Shown here in pieces: positions 37,772-47,083 of a stretch of DNA of 64,000 bases (its first letter is position 1; each line of letters opens with the position of its first letter). Made by a program: the position numbers and the translations under genes. Under the pieces are notes generated by a model that saw nothing but the letters and a program-made list of their open reading frames with translations, was not told where the DNA came from and ran no database searches. The DNA comes from an uncultured Chloroflexia bacterium (GTDB taxonomy: Bacteria; Chloroflexota; Limnocylindria; Limnocylindrales; CSP1-4): positions 1 through 64,000 of the forward strand of contig CAVVNQ010000021.1 of assembly GCA_963749705.1 (NCBI GenBank), read 5' to 3'.

Positions 37772-39364
37772 TCAGGCGTCCCCGAACTGGCGGCGGTGCT
37801 CGTCGTAGGCGCGCAGCACGTCCTCGAAGCCGCCGCTTGCGGCGTCCTCGTCGCCCGACGTCCAGCTCCCCGAGCCGGAGACCGAGCTGTCGATCACGAC
37901 ATCGCCGAGCGTCATCTTGTGGAGCCAGCCCTCGCGGCCGTCGGGGCACAGCACCCGCCAGTAGGTGCCACGCTTCTCGAGCAGCACGACCTCGTCGCCT
38001 TCGTCGAGCACGTCGATCTCGACCCCGCGGACCTCGTCCGGCATGTCCAGCAGGCTGACCAGCCGATACCGGATGAGCCGTCGTTCCAGCCCGCTGACGG
38101 CGTCGCCGGCCTCGCCGTCGAAGGTCAGCCGGACCGTGGTCGAGACGCTCCGCAGCGGATCGTTCTTGCGGGCCTCCATCAGCGAGGGCCGGCGCCAGCG
38201 CGGCAGGTGCTCGTCCGTCTCGACCGTCGGTGCGGACACGATCATGGCCTTGAGCGCGGCGGTTGCGCCGGCGGCCTGGGGCACAAGCCCGGAGTGCCCG
38301 CCCATGCCGTACCCGCGGCGCGCGGCCTCGGACAGCTCGTCATCGGAGCCGTTGGGCTCGCCGTCGCGGCGACGCTTCCCGAACATCATGAAGGCCATGA
38401 GCATGGTCACGCCACCCGTCGTCACCACGACCATGGGCAGGGACCGGAGCACGGTCGCCGACAGGCTCGAGGAGCCGCCGAATGCGTTCGGGATGCTCCC
38501 GCTGCCGCCGCCGGGGCCGGAACCGTCTGGGCCGGAACCCGCGGTGTCGCCCGAGCCGGAACCGCTCGTGCCGGAACCACCGGGGATCCCCGCGGTGACC
38601 GGATCGGGGCTGGGCGACGGTGACGCGTCAGGCGCCGGGGTCGGTGCAGGTGTCGGAGTGTCCGGGCCCGCGCCCGGCTCGACGTCAACGACGGCCCCAT
38701 GCGGGATGATCGGGGGGGCGGTCGCGGCCGGCGCGGTCGGCGACGGTGAAGCTGTCGCAACGGGCGCCGAGGTCGGCGCGGGTGATTCGGGCCGCGACGT
38801 CGGGGCCGGGGTCGGCTTCGCCGTCGGTGCGGGGGTCGGCTTGGGCGTCGGTGCGGGCGTCGGCTTGGGCGTCGGTGCGGGCGTGATGGTCACCGTGTCG
38901 CCCGCGACGCTCGAGTTGAAGTTTCCCGACTTGGCCTCGAACCGCACGGCCCAGGTGCCTGCCGGCAATCGGATCGCCGTCGTGTACCTGACGCCGTTCT
39001 TCCAGGTCTCGGTCCCGGCCGTTCGCTCCATCTGGTAGGTCTTCGAGCCGACGACGACCTGCACGTACTCCGGGGCGGCGTCCTTCGAGCTGTGATAGGT
39101 GACCGCAAACGTGATCGTGGTTGCCGTCGTGCCGGAGGTCGGGGAGACCGATGGCGCCGTGAGCCCGGACGGACCCTGTCCGGCCGCGGCCGGCAGGACG
39201 GCAACGGCGACCAGCAGCGCAGCCGCGATCAGCGCCCGGGCCGGCGACCGGCCGAGGCCGCGGGTGACCGTGCGGAGGGTTCGTGAGGTGAGGTGGACCA
39301 ATGTGGCTCCCAGGCTCCCCTGTCCCCCGGCGGATTTGGGGCTTGCCTGCAGGATCGGAGTCAC
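37772..39364 (-). CDS. Single-pass membrane protein: Ig-like domain, Pro/Thr linker, TM, C-terminal SH3-like domain
   Basis: Signal peptide (LPAAA), PAPTPKPT repeats, TM followed by KRRR, 'LDEGDEVVLLEKRGTYWRV…GREGWL'. Confidence 0.75.
   Translation of the reverse strand: MTPILQASPKSAGGQGSLGATLVHLTSRTLRTVTRGLGRSPARALIAAALLVAVAVLPAAAGQGPSGLTAPSVSPTSGTTATTITFAVTYHSSKDAAPEYVQVVVGSKTYQMERTAGTETWKNGVRYTTAIRLPAGTWAVRFEAKSGNFNSSVAGDTVTITPAPTPKPTPAPTPKPTPAPTAKPTPAPTSRPESPAPTSAPVATASPSPTAPAATAPPIIPHGAVVDVEPGAGPDTPTPAPTPAPDASPSPSPDPVTAGIPGGSGTSGSGSGDTAGSGPDGSGPGGGSGSIPNAFGGSSSLSATVLRSLPMVVVTTGGVTMLMAFMMFGKRRRDGEPNGSDDELSEAARRGYGMGGHSGLVPQAAGATAALKAMIVSAPTVETDEHLPRWRRPSLMEARKNDPLRSVSTTVRLTFDGEAGDAVSGLERRLIRYRLVSLLDMPDEVRGVEIDVLDEGDEVVLLEKRGTYWRVLCPDGREGWLHKMTLGDVVIDSSVSGSGSWTSGDEDAASGGFEDVLRAYDEHRRQFGDA
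38808..38885. repeat. 24-bp coding tandem repeat (PAPTPKPT) x3
   Basis: GGSGTCGGCTTSGSCGTCGGTGCG repeated. Confidence 0.8.
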
Positions 39365-39617
39365 GCGGAGGGCGCGCTATGGTACGGGGGTCCCGGCATC
39401 GGGAGCGCCGCGGGGGGTACCGACGGCGCAGCGTGGTCGGCGGGCGCGTGCCGTCGTGGTGGCCGTCGCTGCGGGCCGGGTCGCAGATCGCGGTGCGGCG
39501 GCGCACCGTCCCGGTACCCTCCGGAGCGGTCCGGTGCGGTTGCGAGGACCCTGGCCCGTCCCGATGTAGCCCGATCGAGGCATACCCACGGGCGCGCAGG
39601 ATCGCGAGGATAGGGGC

Positions 39618-40394
39618 ATGCAAGTGATCGCTGCCGCGGCGCCGGCGTCCCGCGCGGGCCGCGTCCCCGTCGTCCGCGCGGCCGTGTCCGCGATCCTGAT
39701 GGTCCTGGTGGGCGGGCTGCTCGCCTGGATCTTCGTCGCAACGCCGATGATCAGCGCGTTCACGCCGACCGGCCGCGCGACCTCGGTGCAGATGGCGGCC
39801 GGGATCTTCGCCTGGGGGTTCGCCATCGTCGTGCCCGCGGGCTTCCTCATCCTCGGCATCGCACGCTTGTTCACGGTCGTCGAGCACGCGGCTGCCCGGC
39901 CGAGAACGCTCGCGCCGCGGCTGGCCGGCGAGCTCGGCGACGACCACGTCGCCGTGACCGACCTTCCACTCCCCGGTGGTCGCCGGATCCGGGAGCTGAT
40001 CCTCGGCCCGTTCGGGGTGGTGGTCCTGGGCGACGTCCCGCCGCCCAGCGTGAGCCGGATCGTCGGGGGCCGCTGGGAGCTGCGCGGCGCGCAGGGACGC
40101 TGGATCCCGATCGAGCCACCGCTCGATGGCACGGCTCGCGACGCGGAGCGGATCCGGGGCTGGCTCTCGTCCGATGACCGGGACTTCCTGATCAAGGTGC
40201 ATGCGGTCGTGGTGACCGACGACCTGCGCATCGAGCGCACTGCCGCGTGTGCGGTCGTCCGACCCGACGCGCTGGCAGGGTGGCTGGCTGCCCTGCCGGC
40301 ACAGCGCGGACTGACACCGGACCGCCGGGAGCGCCTGGTGGACATGCTGCGCGCCGAGGCGGCCGGCAGCCGGGGCCGCCGCACGCGACGCTGA
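39618..40394 (+). CDS. Membrane protein with degenerate NERD-like domain
   Basis: Two N-terminal TM helices; DLPLPGGRRIRELILGPFGVVVL resembles NERD (DHxxxGPxGVxVIE) with catalytic acids lost. Confidence 0.55.
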   Translation: MQVIAAAAPASRAGRVPVVRAAVSAILMVLVGGLLAWIFVATPMISAFTPTGRATSVQMAAGIFAWGFAIVVPAGFLILGIARLFTVVEHAAARPRTLAPRLAGELGDDHVAVTDLPLPGGRRIRELILGPFGVVVLGDVPPPSVSRIVGGRWELRGAQGRWIPIEPPLDGTARDAERIRGWLSSDDRDFLIKVHAVVVTDDLRIERTAACAVVRPDALAGWLAALPAQRGLTPDRRERLVDMLRAEAAGSRGRRTRR

Positions 40395-40430
40395 TCGCCG
40401 GACCGCGCCACGCGACGCTGGCACGGGGTG

Positions 40431-40507
40431 TGGTAGGGGAGCCAGGACTCGAACCTGGAACCGGCGGGATATAAGCCCGCTGCTCTAACCGATTGAGCTA
40501 CTCCCCC
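40431..40507 (-). tRNA. tRNA-Ile (anticodon TAT)
   Basis: GGGGGAG-TA-GCTC-AATCGGTTA-GAGC-A-GCGGG-CTTATAT-CCCGC-CGGTT-CCAGG-TTCGAGT-CCTGG-CTCCCCT-A-CCA: complete cloverleaf, A73, encoded CCA. Confidence 0.95.
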
Positions 40508-40534
40508 GCCGAAGGAACGGTGACGCGACGCGTG

Positions 40535-40852
40535 TCAGCCCGTCGTGCCGCCCTCATTGTCGCGGAACAGGCCCGTGATGGCCCGGAGGCGGAAGGGCCG
40601 CGCCCGGAGGTGCTTCGATTTGCCGTTGCCCGCACGCACCGGCTCCGAGTCACCCGCGGCATGCTCGTACCCGCGCGCAGCCATCTGGCGTGCGATCTCT
40701 CGCTCCTCGTCCGTCCGGACCGCCTCGAGCGGCAGGGCATCGGGATCGAGCGGTCGCTCGGCCTGCTGCACGGGAACGGCGGGCGGGCGTGCGTAGGCAG
40801 GAGCCCCGTAGAGCTTTGGCAGGGCGACGTGTACCTGGTCGTCGTTGGCCAC
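40535..40852 (-). CDS. Hypothetical small protein
   Basis: GAGGA RBS then GTG; VHVALPKLYGAPAYARPP…LDPDALPLEA; co-oriented with neighbouring genes. Confidence 0.6.
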   Translation of the reverse strand: MANDDQVHVALPKLYGAPAYARPPAVPVQQAERPLDPDALPLEAVRTDEEREIARQMAARGYEHAAGDSEPVRAGNGKSKHLRARPFRLRAITGLFRDNEGGTTG

Positions 40853-40955
40853 CCGGATCCTCACTCGGCTCGGTCGGGTCGTGCACCGACCGCGACCGAT
40901 GATAGCGGGCCGTCGCAACGCCTGACCGGGCGAAATTGCCGTGACCGCCCGGACG

Positions 40956-41375
40956 TCACACCAGCAACGGCTTGACCAGCTCGTGGAGGACGACCAGGAC
41001 GAGGTACGCGATCGGCACCGCGGCGAACAGGCCCAGCGCGGCGCTCCACGGCGTGCGGGTCGCGCGCCGCGTGCCGCTTCCGGTCGGCAGCGGCACCACG
41101 AGCCAGGTCACCACCGCACCCGCCACCAGGACCACCGCCACGTAGAGCGTGAGGACCAGGAGGCGGAGATCGCCCCCGGGAAGCACGGCGCCGCGATCGA
41201 GCGCGATGTCGTAGGCGAGGAAGGCCACGCCCGTCACGACCGCGACCGACAGGCTGCTGGCCACCGCCCTGACCACGGGTCGTGGGGCGCGCCGGAACTG
41301 GCGCCAGCGGATCGCGAACCACCCGCGCGGGCGTGCCGGGGCGGTCGGCATCCCGTCAGGAGATGGGTCGGTCAT
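40956..41375 (-). CDS. Hypothetical 3-TM membrane protein
   Basis: Hydrophobic helices; overlaps the stop of the upstream gene. Confidence 0.7.
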   Translation of the reverse strand: MTDPSPDGMPTAPARPRGWFAIRWRQFRRAPRPVVRAVASSLSVAVVTGVAFLAYDIALDRGAVLPGGDLRLLVLTLYVAVVLVAGAVVTWLVVPLPTGSGTRRATRTPWSAALGLFAAVPIAYLVLVVLHELVKPLLV

Positions 41376-42609
41376 CGCTGCCCAGGATGGTCAGGGTGCG
41401 GCGGGGCGGGATCGTGTCGGGACCGTGGCGCGCGAGCAGCTCCACGGTCTCCGCGAAGCGGCCGAGCTCCGCCTCCGTGTTCCAGAACCCGACCGACGCC
41501 CTGATGGCGTCGATGGCCGGCACGTGGCGGATGATCGCGAACGCCCGGGAGCCCAGCTCGTCGGCGGCCTCGGCCGCGGCCCAGCCCCCGATCCGGAACG
41601 ACACCAGCGTGCTCATGTTCGCGCGCGGCGTGACCAGCTCCACGCCCGGGATCGAGGCCAGGCTGGCCGCCGTCTCCGACGCCAGGCGTCCGGCCCGCTC
41701 GATCGCCCACGGCAGCCCGATCGACATCGACAGCCAGCCGCATGCCCGCGCGAAGCCGACCAGCGACGGACGATGGAACGCCGTCGCCTCGAAGCGGCGA
41801 GCGCCGGGATGGAAGGGACCGCCGGTGCCGGCATCGAACGACGCGAATGACAGCGCCCCGGCCGCGGGGGGCACGATGCCGTCGGCCAGCCCTCGGCGAA
41901 CCCACAGCGCACCCATCCCGTCCGGCCCCAGCAGCCATTTCTGGGCCGGCACGGCGTACGCATCCGCACCGAGCTCGTCGAGCACGACCCGCATCGCGCC
42001 GCCCGCCTGCGCCCCGTCCACGATGCTGGCCGCCCCGGCCGCGCGCGCCATCGCCGCCAGCCGCGCTGCGGGAAGGACGGCGCCCGTGGTCCACAGGACG
42101 TGGCTGAACAGGATCGCGCGTGCCGGGCGCTCGAGCGCGGCGGCAATGGACGCAAGGGTCCGTTCGTCGTCGCCGCCGTCGCCGATGTCGACCTGGTCCA
42201 CCTCGACCCCAAGCCGGTCGCGCAGGGCGAGCAGCGGGCCGAGCCCGCCCGGATGCTCGTGGCGGGTCGTCACGACGCGGTCGCCCGGGGACCAGGCGAG
42301 CGCGTTCAGGGACAGGTTCAGGCCGTCGGTCGTCGAGTGGGTCAGCGCGATGTCGTCCGGATCCGACACGAGCACGGCCGCAACCGAGGCCCGCGCCTCG
42401 GCCATCCGCTCGAGCGTCTCCGGCCACGCGTCGGGGTGGGCGCGGCCGATCGCAAGGTCGCGTGCCGCCTGATCGTCCATCGCCCGCTGCGCCTCGGCCG
42501 ACATCGGACCGGCGGTCCCCGCGTTGAGATAGATCCCGGCACGGGTCGCGGGCAGCAGGTCGCGAATGGCGGCGACCTTCTCGGCCTCCGGCATGAACGG
42601 GGAAACCAC
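41356..42609 (-). CDS. Class V PLP-dependent enzyme (C-S lyase/IPN epimerase-like)
   Basis: IYLNAGTAGP, HSTTDGLN, EHPG, VDGAQAGG, AQKWLLGP, IRASVGFWN. Confidence 0.9.
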   Translation of the reverse strand: MVSPFMPEAEKVAAIRDLLPATRAGIYLNAGTAGPMSAEAQRAMDDQAARDLAIGRAHPDAWPETLERMAEARASVAAVLVSDPDDIALTHSTTDGLNLSLNALAWSPGDRVVTTRHEHPGGLGPLLALRDRLGVEVDQVDIGDGGDDERTLASIAAALERPARAILFSHVLWTTGAVLPAARLAAMARAAGAASIVDGAQAGGAMRVVLDELGADAYAVPAQKWLLGPDGMGALWVRRGLADGIVPPAAGALSFASFDAGTGGPFHPGARRFEATAFHRPSLVGFARACGWLSMSIGLPWAIERAGRLASETAASLASIPGVELVTPRANMSTLVSFRIGGWAAAEAADELGSRAFAIIRHVPAIDAIRASVGFWNTEAELGRFAETVELLARHGPDTIPPRRTLTILGSDDRPIS

Positions 42610-42624
42610 GACCGTATGATATCG

Positions 42625-43521
42625 ATGCCGGTCGCCGGCACCCGCATCCACACCCCGTCACGTTGTTCGGAGGCCGCCTTGGCCGGATACGCCCGTCCCG
42701 AGCTCCTCGCGACCCCAGACTGGCTGGCCGAGAACCTCGCGAAGCCGGACCTGCACGTCCTCGACGTCCGGTGGCGGCCCGACGGCACCGGGGCAGCCCT
42801 GCATGCGGCCGGGCATGTCCCCGGCGCGGTGTACCTGGACTGGAAGTCGGCGCTTGCGGATGTCGGCGAGGGCGGCGAGGCCCTGCTGCTGGCGTCCCCG
42901 GATCGGGTTGCGACGGCGATGTCGAACGCCGGGGTTGGCAACGGGACGTCGGTCGTCCTGTACGACGACACGCTGTCGTTCTACGCGGCCCGGGTGTGGT
43001 GGAGCCTCCGGGCCTACGGGTTCGAATCCGCGCGCGTCCTCGAGGGCGGGTTTCCCGCCTGGCGCGATGGGGGCCACACGATCACGGCGAGCAGCTCGAT
43101 CGTCCGGACCGCGCCGTTCACGCCGCGGGCGCAGGCCCGGCTGCGCCTGACCACGGCTGACGTGCGGTCGCTGCTGGGCACGCCGGACGTCCTGCTGATC
43201 GATGCTCGAGGTCCGGCCGAATACCGCGGCTTCGAGGGCAACGTGCGCCGCCTCGGGCACATCCCCGGCGCCGTCAACCTGCCGGTGGCCGCCCTCCACC
43301 AGCCAGGCACCCAGCAGCTGCGCGACGCGACCGAGATCCGGGCGCTGCTGCTCAAGTCGAACGTCACGCGTGGACGGCGGCTCGTGTGCTACGACGGTTC
43401 GGGCGTGTCGGCGGCCAAGCTCGCGTACGTGCTGACCCTGGTCGGCCACGACGACGTCGCTGTCTATGACGGGGGCTGGGCCGAGTGGGGCGACCGGCTC
43501 GACCTGCCGGTGGACCGCTAA
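42625..43521 (+). CDS. Tandem-domain rhodanese/sulfurtransferase homolog lacking the catalytic Cys
   Basis: GHVPGA and GHIPGA motifs, LEGGFPAW, YDGGWAEW; active loop YDGSGVSA. Confidence 0.85.
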   Translation: MPVAGTRIHTPSRCSEAALAGYARPELLATPDWLAENLAKPDLHVLDVRWRPDGTGAALHAAGHVPGAVYLDWKSALADVGEGGEALLLASPDRVATAMSNAGVGNGTSVVLYDDTLSFYAARVWWSLRAYGFESARVLEGGFPAWRDGGHTITASSSIVRTAPFTPRAQARLRLTTADVRSLLGTPDVLLIDARGPAEYRGFEGNVRRLGHIPGAVNLPVAALHQPGTQQLRDATEIRALLLKSNVTRGRRLVCYDGSGVSAAKLAYVLTLVGHDDVAVYDGGWAEWGDRLDLPVDR

Positions 43522-43560
43522 AGGACGGGGCCGGCGCGGGGACGGCCGGCGCGGGACGAC

Positions 43561-44163
43561 CTACCAGCCGCCGCCGGGCGGTTCGGGGGGCTGGGGCGGG
43601 ACCCCCGGTCCCGGTCCGGCAGCGCTCCCCTTGTCCAGCCCGGCCCACGGATCGACCTCCTGGTGCGGCGCCAGGATCTGCGCCCGCCGATGGTTCACGG
43701 CGACGACCACTGCGGTCTGGCGGCCCTCGCCCAGGTGGTCCGACCAGAACGCTGCCTCGGTGATGGGCAGGAACCGCCCGGTCAGCTCGGTCAGTGCCGC
43801 GCGGAGGTCGCCGCCCGTCGGCAGCAGGTGGATCAGCCCGGTGACGGTGAACGGTGGCACCGAGACGATCGCCGGCTCGGCCATCTTCGGCGTCCGCAGC
43901 TCCGGTGACGGCTCGACCGACGTGTTCGCCACGGCGAACAGCACCGCCTCCAGGTTGACCTGCGCGTACGCGGACCGGATCGGCTGGCCGCGCGAGCCGA
44001 ACTCCTCGACGGTGACGTCCTCGAGGATCAGGAACGAGTCGTCGGCCATGTTGAGGATGTCGGTGACCCGGTGCTGGCGGGTGCGGACCGTCCCCCGCGC
44101 GATCAGCGCATCGGTGTACAGCGTGAGCTCATATCCCTGGAGCTCCGTGAATGCCGCATACAT
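43561..44163 (-). CDS. Hypothetical protein with two repeated beta-rich domains
   Basis: RVTDILN…FLILEDV and LRAALT…FLPITEA internal repeat; GGAGG RBS. Confidence 0.7.
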   Translation of the reverse strand: MYAAFTELQGYELTLYTDALIARGTVRTRQHRVTDILNMADDSFLILEDVTVEEFGSRGQPIRSAYAQVNLEAVLFAVANTSVEPSPELRTPKMAEPAIVSVPPFTVTGLIHLLPTGGDLRAALTELTGRFLPITEAAFWSDHLGEGRQTAVVVAVNHRRAQILAPHQEVDPWAGLDKGSAAGPGPGVPPQPPEPPGGGW

Positions 44164-44269
44164 CGGCGCGGTTCCTCCGTGCGAGCGCCCCCCGGGCGCG
44201 CAGGCGCGATCAGAGCAGCATACGTGGGCATGGCCAGCCGTCGATCCCCCATTCGGCCGTTGCCACGGG

Positions 44270-45967
44270 TCATCGCCTCCCTCGCAGGGTCACCAGGTGC
44301 TCGGCGCCGACCTGCAGGGTCTCGTACAGGCGCGTGACCGTCGCGAGCGTGTCGATCTCGGCCGCCGGCTTGTCGGGGCGGAGGCGTGCGATCCGGGGGA
44401 ACCGCAGCGCATAGCCGGACCGGTGACGAGCGGAGCGCATGATCACGTCGAACGCCACCTCGACCACCACCGTCGGTTCCACCACGCGGTACCGGCCGTG
44501 GACGCTGATCGTGTGCGCCTCGAACCATCGGGTCATGTCTGCGATCTCCGCGTCGGTCAGGCCGCTGTACGCCTTGCCGATCGTCACCAGGCTCCCCGTG
44601 GCGTCATCGCGGACGGCAAAGGTGTAGTCGGACAGCACGCCGTGGCGCTTGCCGTGCCCGACCTCGACCCCGACCACCACGCAGTCGAGCGTGGCGAGCG
44701 CCTTCTTCATCTTGAGCCAGCCCAGCCCGCGGCGGCCCGGCGTGTACCGGCTGTCCGGATCCTTGACCATCAGCCCCTCGTTGCGACGGGCCCGCGCCGC
44801 GGCGAACGCGTCCTCCAGCCCCTCCGCCGACGCCACCTCGACCAGGTAGCTGAGCGCGAACCGGCCGCCGTCGGCGGCCGCGGGCAGGTCCAGGGTCTCG
44901 AGCCGGCGCCGCCGGTCCCGCAGCGGGATGTCGAGGAGCGACCGGACGATGCCGTCGGAACCGTCATCGAGCCCGATCGCATCCCAGGCGACGTAGATCA
45001 CCGGGATCTCGTCACGGATCGCCGCCGACGGGCGCTTGCGGCCGAGCCGTGCCTGGAGCTGGAGGAAGGGCAGGACGGTGCCGTCCTTCCAGGCCAGGAT
45101 CTCGCCGTCGAGGATCCCGGACCATGACAGCCCCGCGGCACCCTCGACCACCTCGGGGAACTGGTCGCTGATGTCGTTCAGGTCGCGCGAGTAGATCCGC
45201 GCCCGGTCGGGTGTGCGATGGAGCTGGGCGCGGATCCCGTCGTACTTGTCCTCCACCCACACGGTGGGTCCCAGGCGGGCCATGATCTCGGCCGCGTCCT
45301 CGGCCGGCGATGCGAGCATGAACCGGAGGGGGTTGAACAGCGCCAGCGCCGCGTCGGCCAGGCGGTCCTCGCTTGCAAGCAGCGCGGTCTGGCCCACATC
45401 CCCGGTGAGCATCCCGGCCCGCTTGACGGCCTCCAGCGGACGGTCGAACGCCTTCGCGATCGCTGCCTCGAGCAGGCCCTCGCGAAGCCCGATCCTGAGC
45501 TCACCCGTGAGCACCTTGACGATGCCCGCGGCGGTTGCCGGTGACGAGCGGGCGAGGAGCGACTCGAGGATCGCCGCCTTGGCTGCCGGGCCCGACGCCA
45601 CCTCGATCGCCTCGAACGCCGCGAGCACGTCGGCGAGCGTCGGCTCCAGCTCCGGGTCCGGGGCACGGCCGGCCTCGGCGAGCACGTCGGCGACAGCGGT
45701 GGACAGGTCCGATGATCGATCGTAGGCGCGACGAAGCGCATCCCCGTCGGCGTCCGCGACCCGGAGCACGGCGGCGGACAGCCCGGCCCAGCCGATCCCG
45801 ACCGTCCGCTGATCGGCCTCGGCAAACGGACGGCCGGTCAGGAACCGCGCCGCAATGGGCAGCTCGTCCGGTGGCAGGCCGGCCAGGTAGCCGGCCAGGA
45901 TCGAGGTCTTCTCGGACGTCTTCGTCGTCCCGGCGACCCGTTGTGCGATCTCGCTCCAGCGGCGCAT
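44270..45967 (-). CDS. ligB: ATP-dependent DNA ligase (LigB type)
   Basis: EDKYDGIRAQ, LDGEI, EGLMVKD, WLKMK, ALRFPRI. Confidence 0.9.
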   Translation of the reverse strand: MRRWSEIAQRVAGTTKTSEKTSILAGYLAGLPPDELPIAARFLTGRPFAEADQRTVGIGWAGLSAAVLRVADADGDALRRAYDRSSDLSTAVADVLAEAGRAPDPELEPTLADVLAAFEAIEVASGPAAKAAILESLLARSSPATAAGIVKVLTGELRIGLREGLLEAAIAKAFDRPLEAVKRAGMLTGDVGQTALLASEDRLADAALALFNPLRFMLASPAEDAAEIMARLGPTVWVEDKYDGIRAQLHRTPDRARIYSRDLNDISDQFPEVVEGAAGLSWSGILDGEILAWKDGTVLPFLQLQARLGRKRPSAAIRDEIPVIYVAWDAIGLDDGSDGIVRSLLDIPLRDRRRRLETLDLPAAADGGRFALSYLVEVASAEGLEDAFAAARARRNEGLMVKDPDSRYTPGRRGLGWLKMKKALATLDCVVVGVEVGHGKRHGVLSDYTFAVRDDATGSLVTIGKAYSGLTDAEIADMTRWFEAHTISVHGRYRVVEPTVVVEVAFDVIMRSARHRSGYALRFPRIARLRPDKPAAEIDTLATVTRLYETLQVGAEHLVTLRGRR

Positions 45968-45993
45968 GCGGGCGATGGTATAGGGTGTCCGCG

Positions 45994-46701
45994 ATGCTCC
46001 ATCGGCGCTGGTTCCCAGAGCACATCGACGGCGAGCTGGTCGTGCTTCGCCGCCATTCCCGAGAGAACCTGCGCGACTTCCTGCGCTGGTACCAGGACGC
46101 CGATGTCGCGCGCCTGACGCGGTACCAGGACGGCCCGATGCGGCCGGACGAGATCGAGCGCTTCTTCATGATGCGGGCGCTCGGACCCGAGTCGCTCGCG
46201 ATGGGGATCCACATCAGGGCCACCGACCGCCTGATCGGCTCGTGCGCGTTCTCGCAGCTCGACGGGGACAACGGGTCCGCGCTGTTCCACATCACCATCG
46301 GGGAGCACGATGCGTGGGGCCACGGGTACGGCGGCGAGGCGACGAGCCTGATGGTCGACCACGCGCTCGGCTCGCTGGGCCTGCACCGCGTCGCGCTGTC
46401 CGTGTTCGCGTTCAACGAGCGGGCCATCCGCGCCTACCTGCGGGTCGGCTTCGTGATCGAGGGACGGTCGCGCGAGGCGATCTGGCGCGACGGACGGTGG
46501 TGGGACGAGGTCCACATGAGCGTGCTCGAGCCCGAATGGCGGTCGGCGCGCTGGCAGGCGCGCGCCAGCGCCGAGGGACGGGTCGAGGCGAGCGGGCCTG
46601 CCGATGCCGGCACGACCCGGGTGGACGGTCGGGCCGCGGTCGCGTCCGGGCTGGTCGACGCGATCAACGAGGAGCCGGTCGTCCCACGAGGCGGAGGATG
46701 A
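45994..46701 (+). CDS. RimJ/RimL-type GNAT acetyltransferase
   Basis: WGHGYGGEA…LGLHRVALSVFAFNERAIRAY…GFVIEGRSRE. Confidence 0.9.
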   Translation: MLHRRWFPEHIDGELVVLRRHSRENLRDFLRWYQDADVARLTRYQDGPMRPDEIERFFMMRALGPESLAMGIHIRATDRLIGSCAFSQLDGDNGSALFHITIGEHDAWGHGYGGEATSLMVDHALGSLGLHRVALSVFAFNERAIRAYLRVGFVIEGRSREAIWRDGRWWDEVHMSVLEPEWRSARWQARASAEGRVEASGPADAGTTRVDGRAAVASGLVDAINEEPVVPRGGG

Positions 46702-46702
46702 G

Positions 46703-46981
46703 ATGGCGAGCCAAGGTCCGGCGGCGGATGCCGCCCGCGCCGCGTTCCGGGAGCGGATCGACGCGAAGGGTCACGCGGTCGACAACGCGCGGCACGCCGT
46801 CGAAGGGTTGAACGCCGCGTTCGACGCCGGGGCGCTCGACCGGACGCCCGTGCTGGGGGCCATGCTGGCCGATCTCGAGGCGGCGCTCCAGGTGGAGGAT
46901 GGGCAGCGGCTCGGCGGCAAGAGCGCCGAGGCAGCTCGGTTCATCACGCGCGCGATCTCCCGCGAGCTCGACAACGCCTGA
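46703..46981 (+). CDS. Hypothetical helical protein
   Basis: GGAGG RBS; immediately follows the GNAT gene. Confidence 0.65.
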   Translation: MASQGPAADAARAAFRERIDAKGHAVDNARHAVEGLNAAFDAGALDRTPVLGAMLADLEAALQVEDGQRLGGKSAEAARFITRAISRELDNA

Positions 46982-47083
46982 CCCACACCGCGCGTCGCGG
47001 CCGCGCAACCGACCTTCGTCGCGGAAGCGCGGCCGACAGGGGATCGGGTAGGGTTCCCGACAACGCAGGAGCACGATCGCCCG

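Noticed and set aside
40394-40535. tRNA as an integration site for an island
   Set aside because: No integrase, no duplicated tRNA 3' end seen in the window, and no obvious compositional shift.
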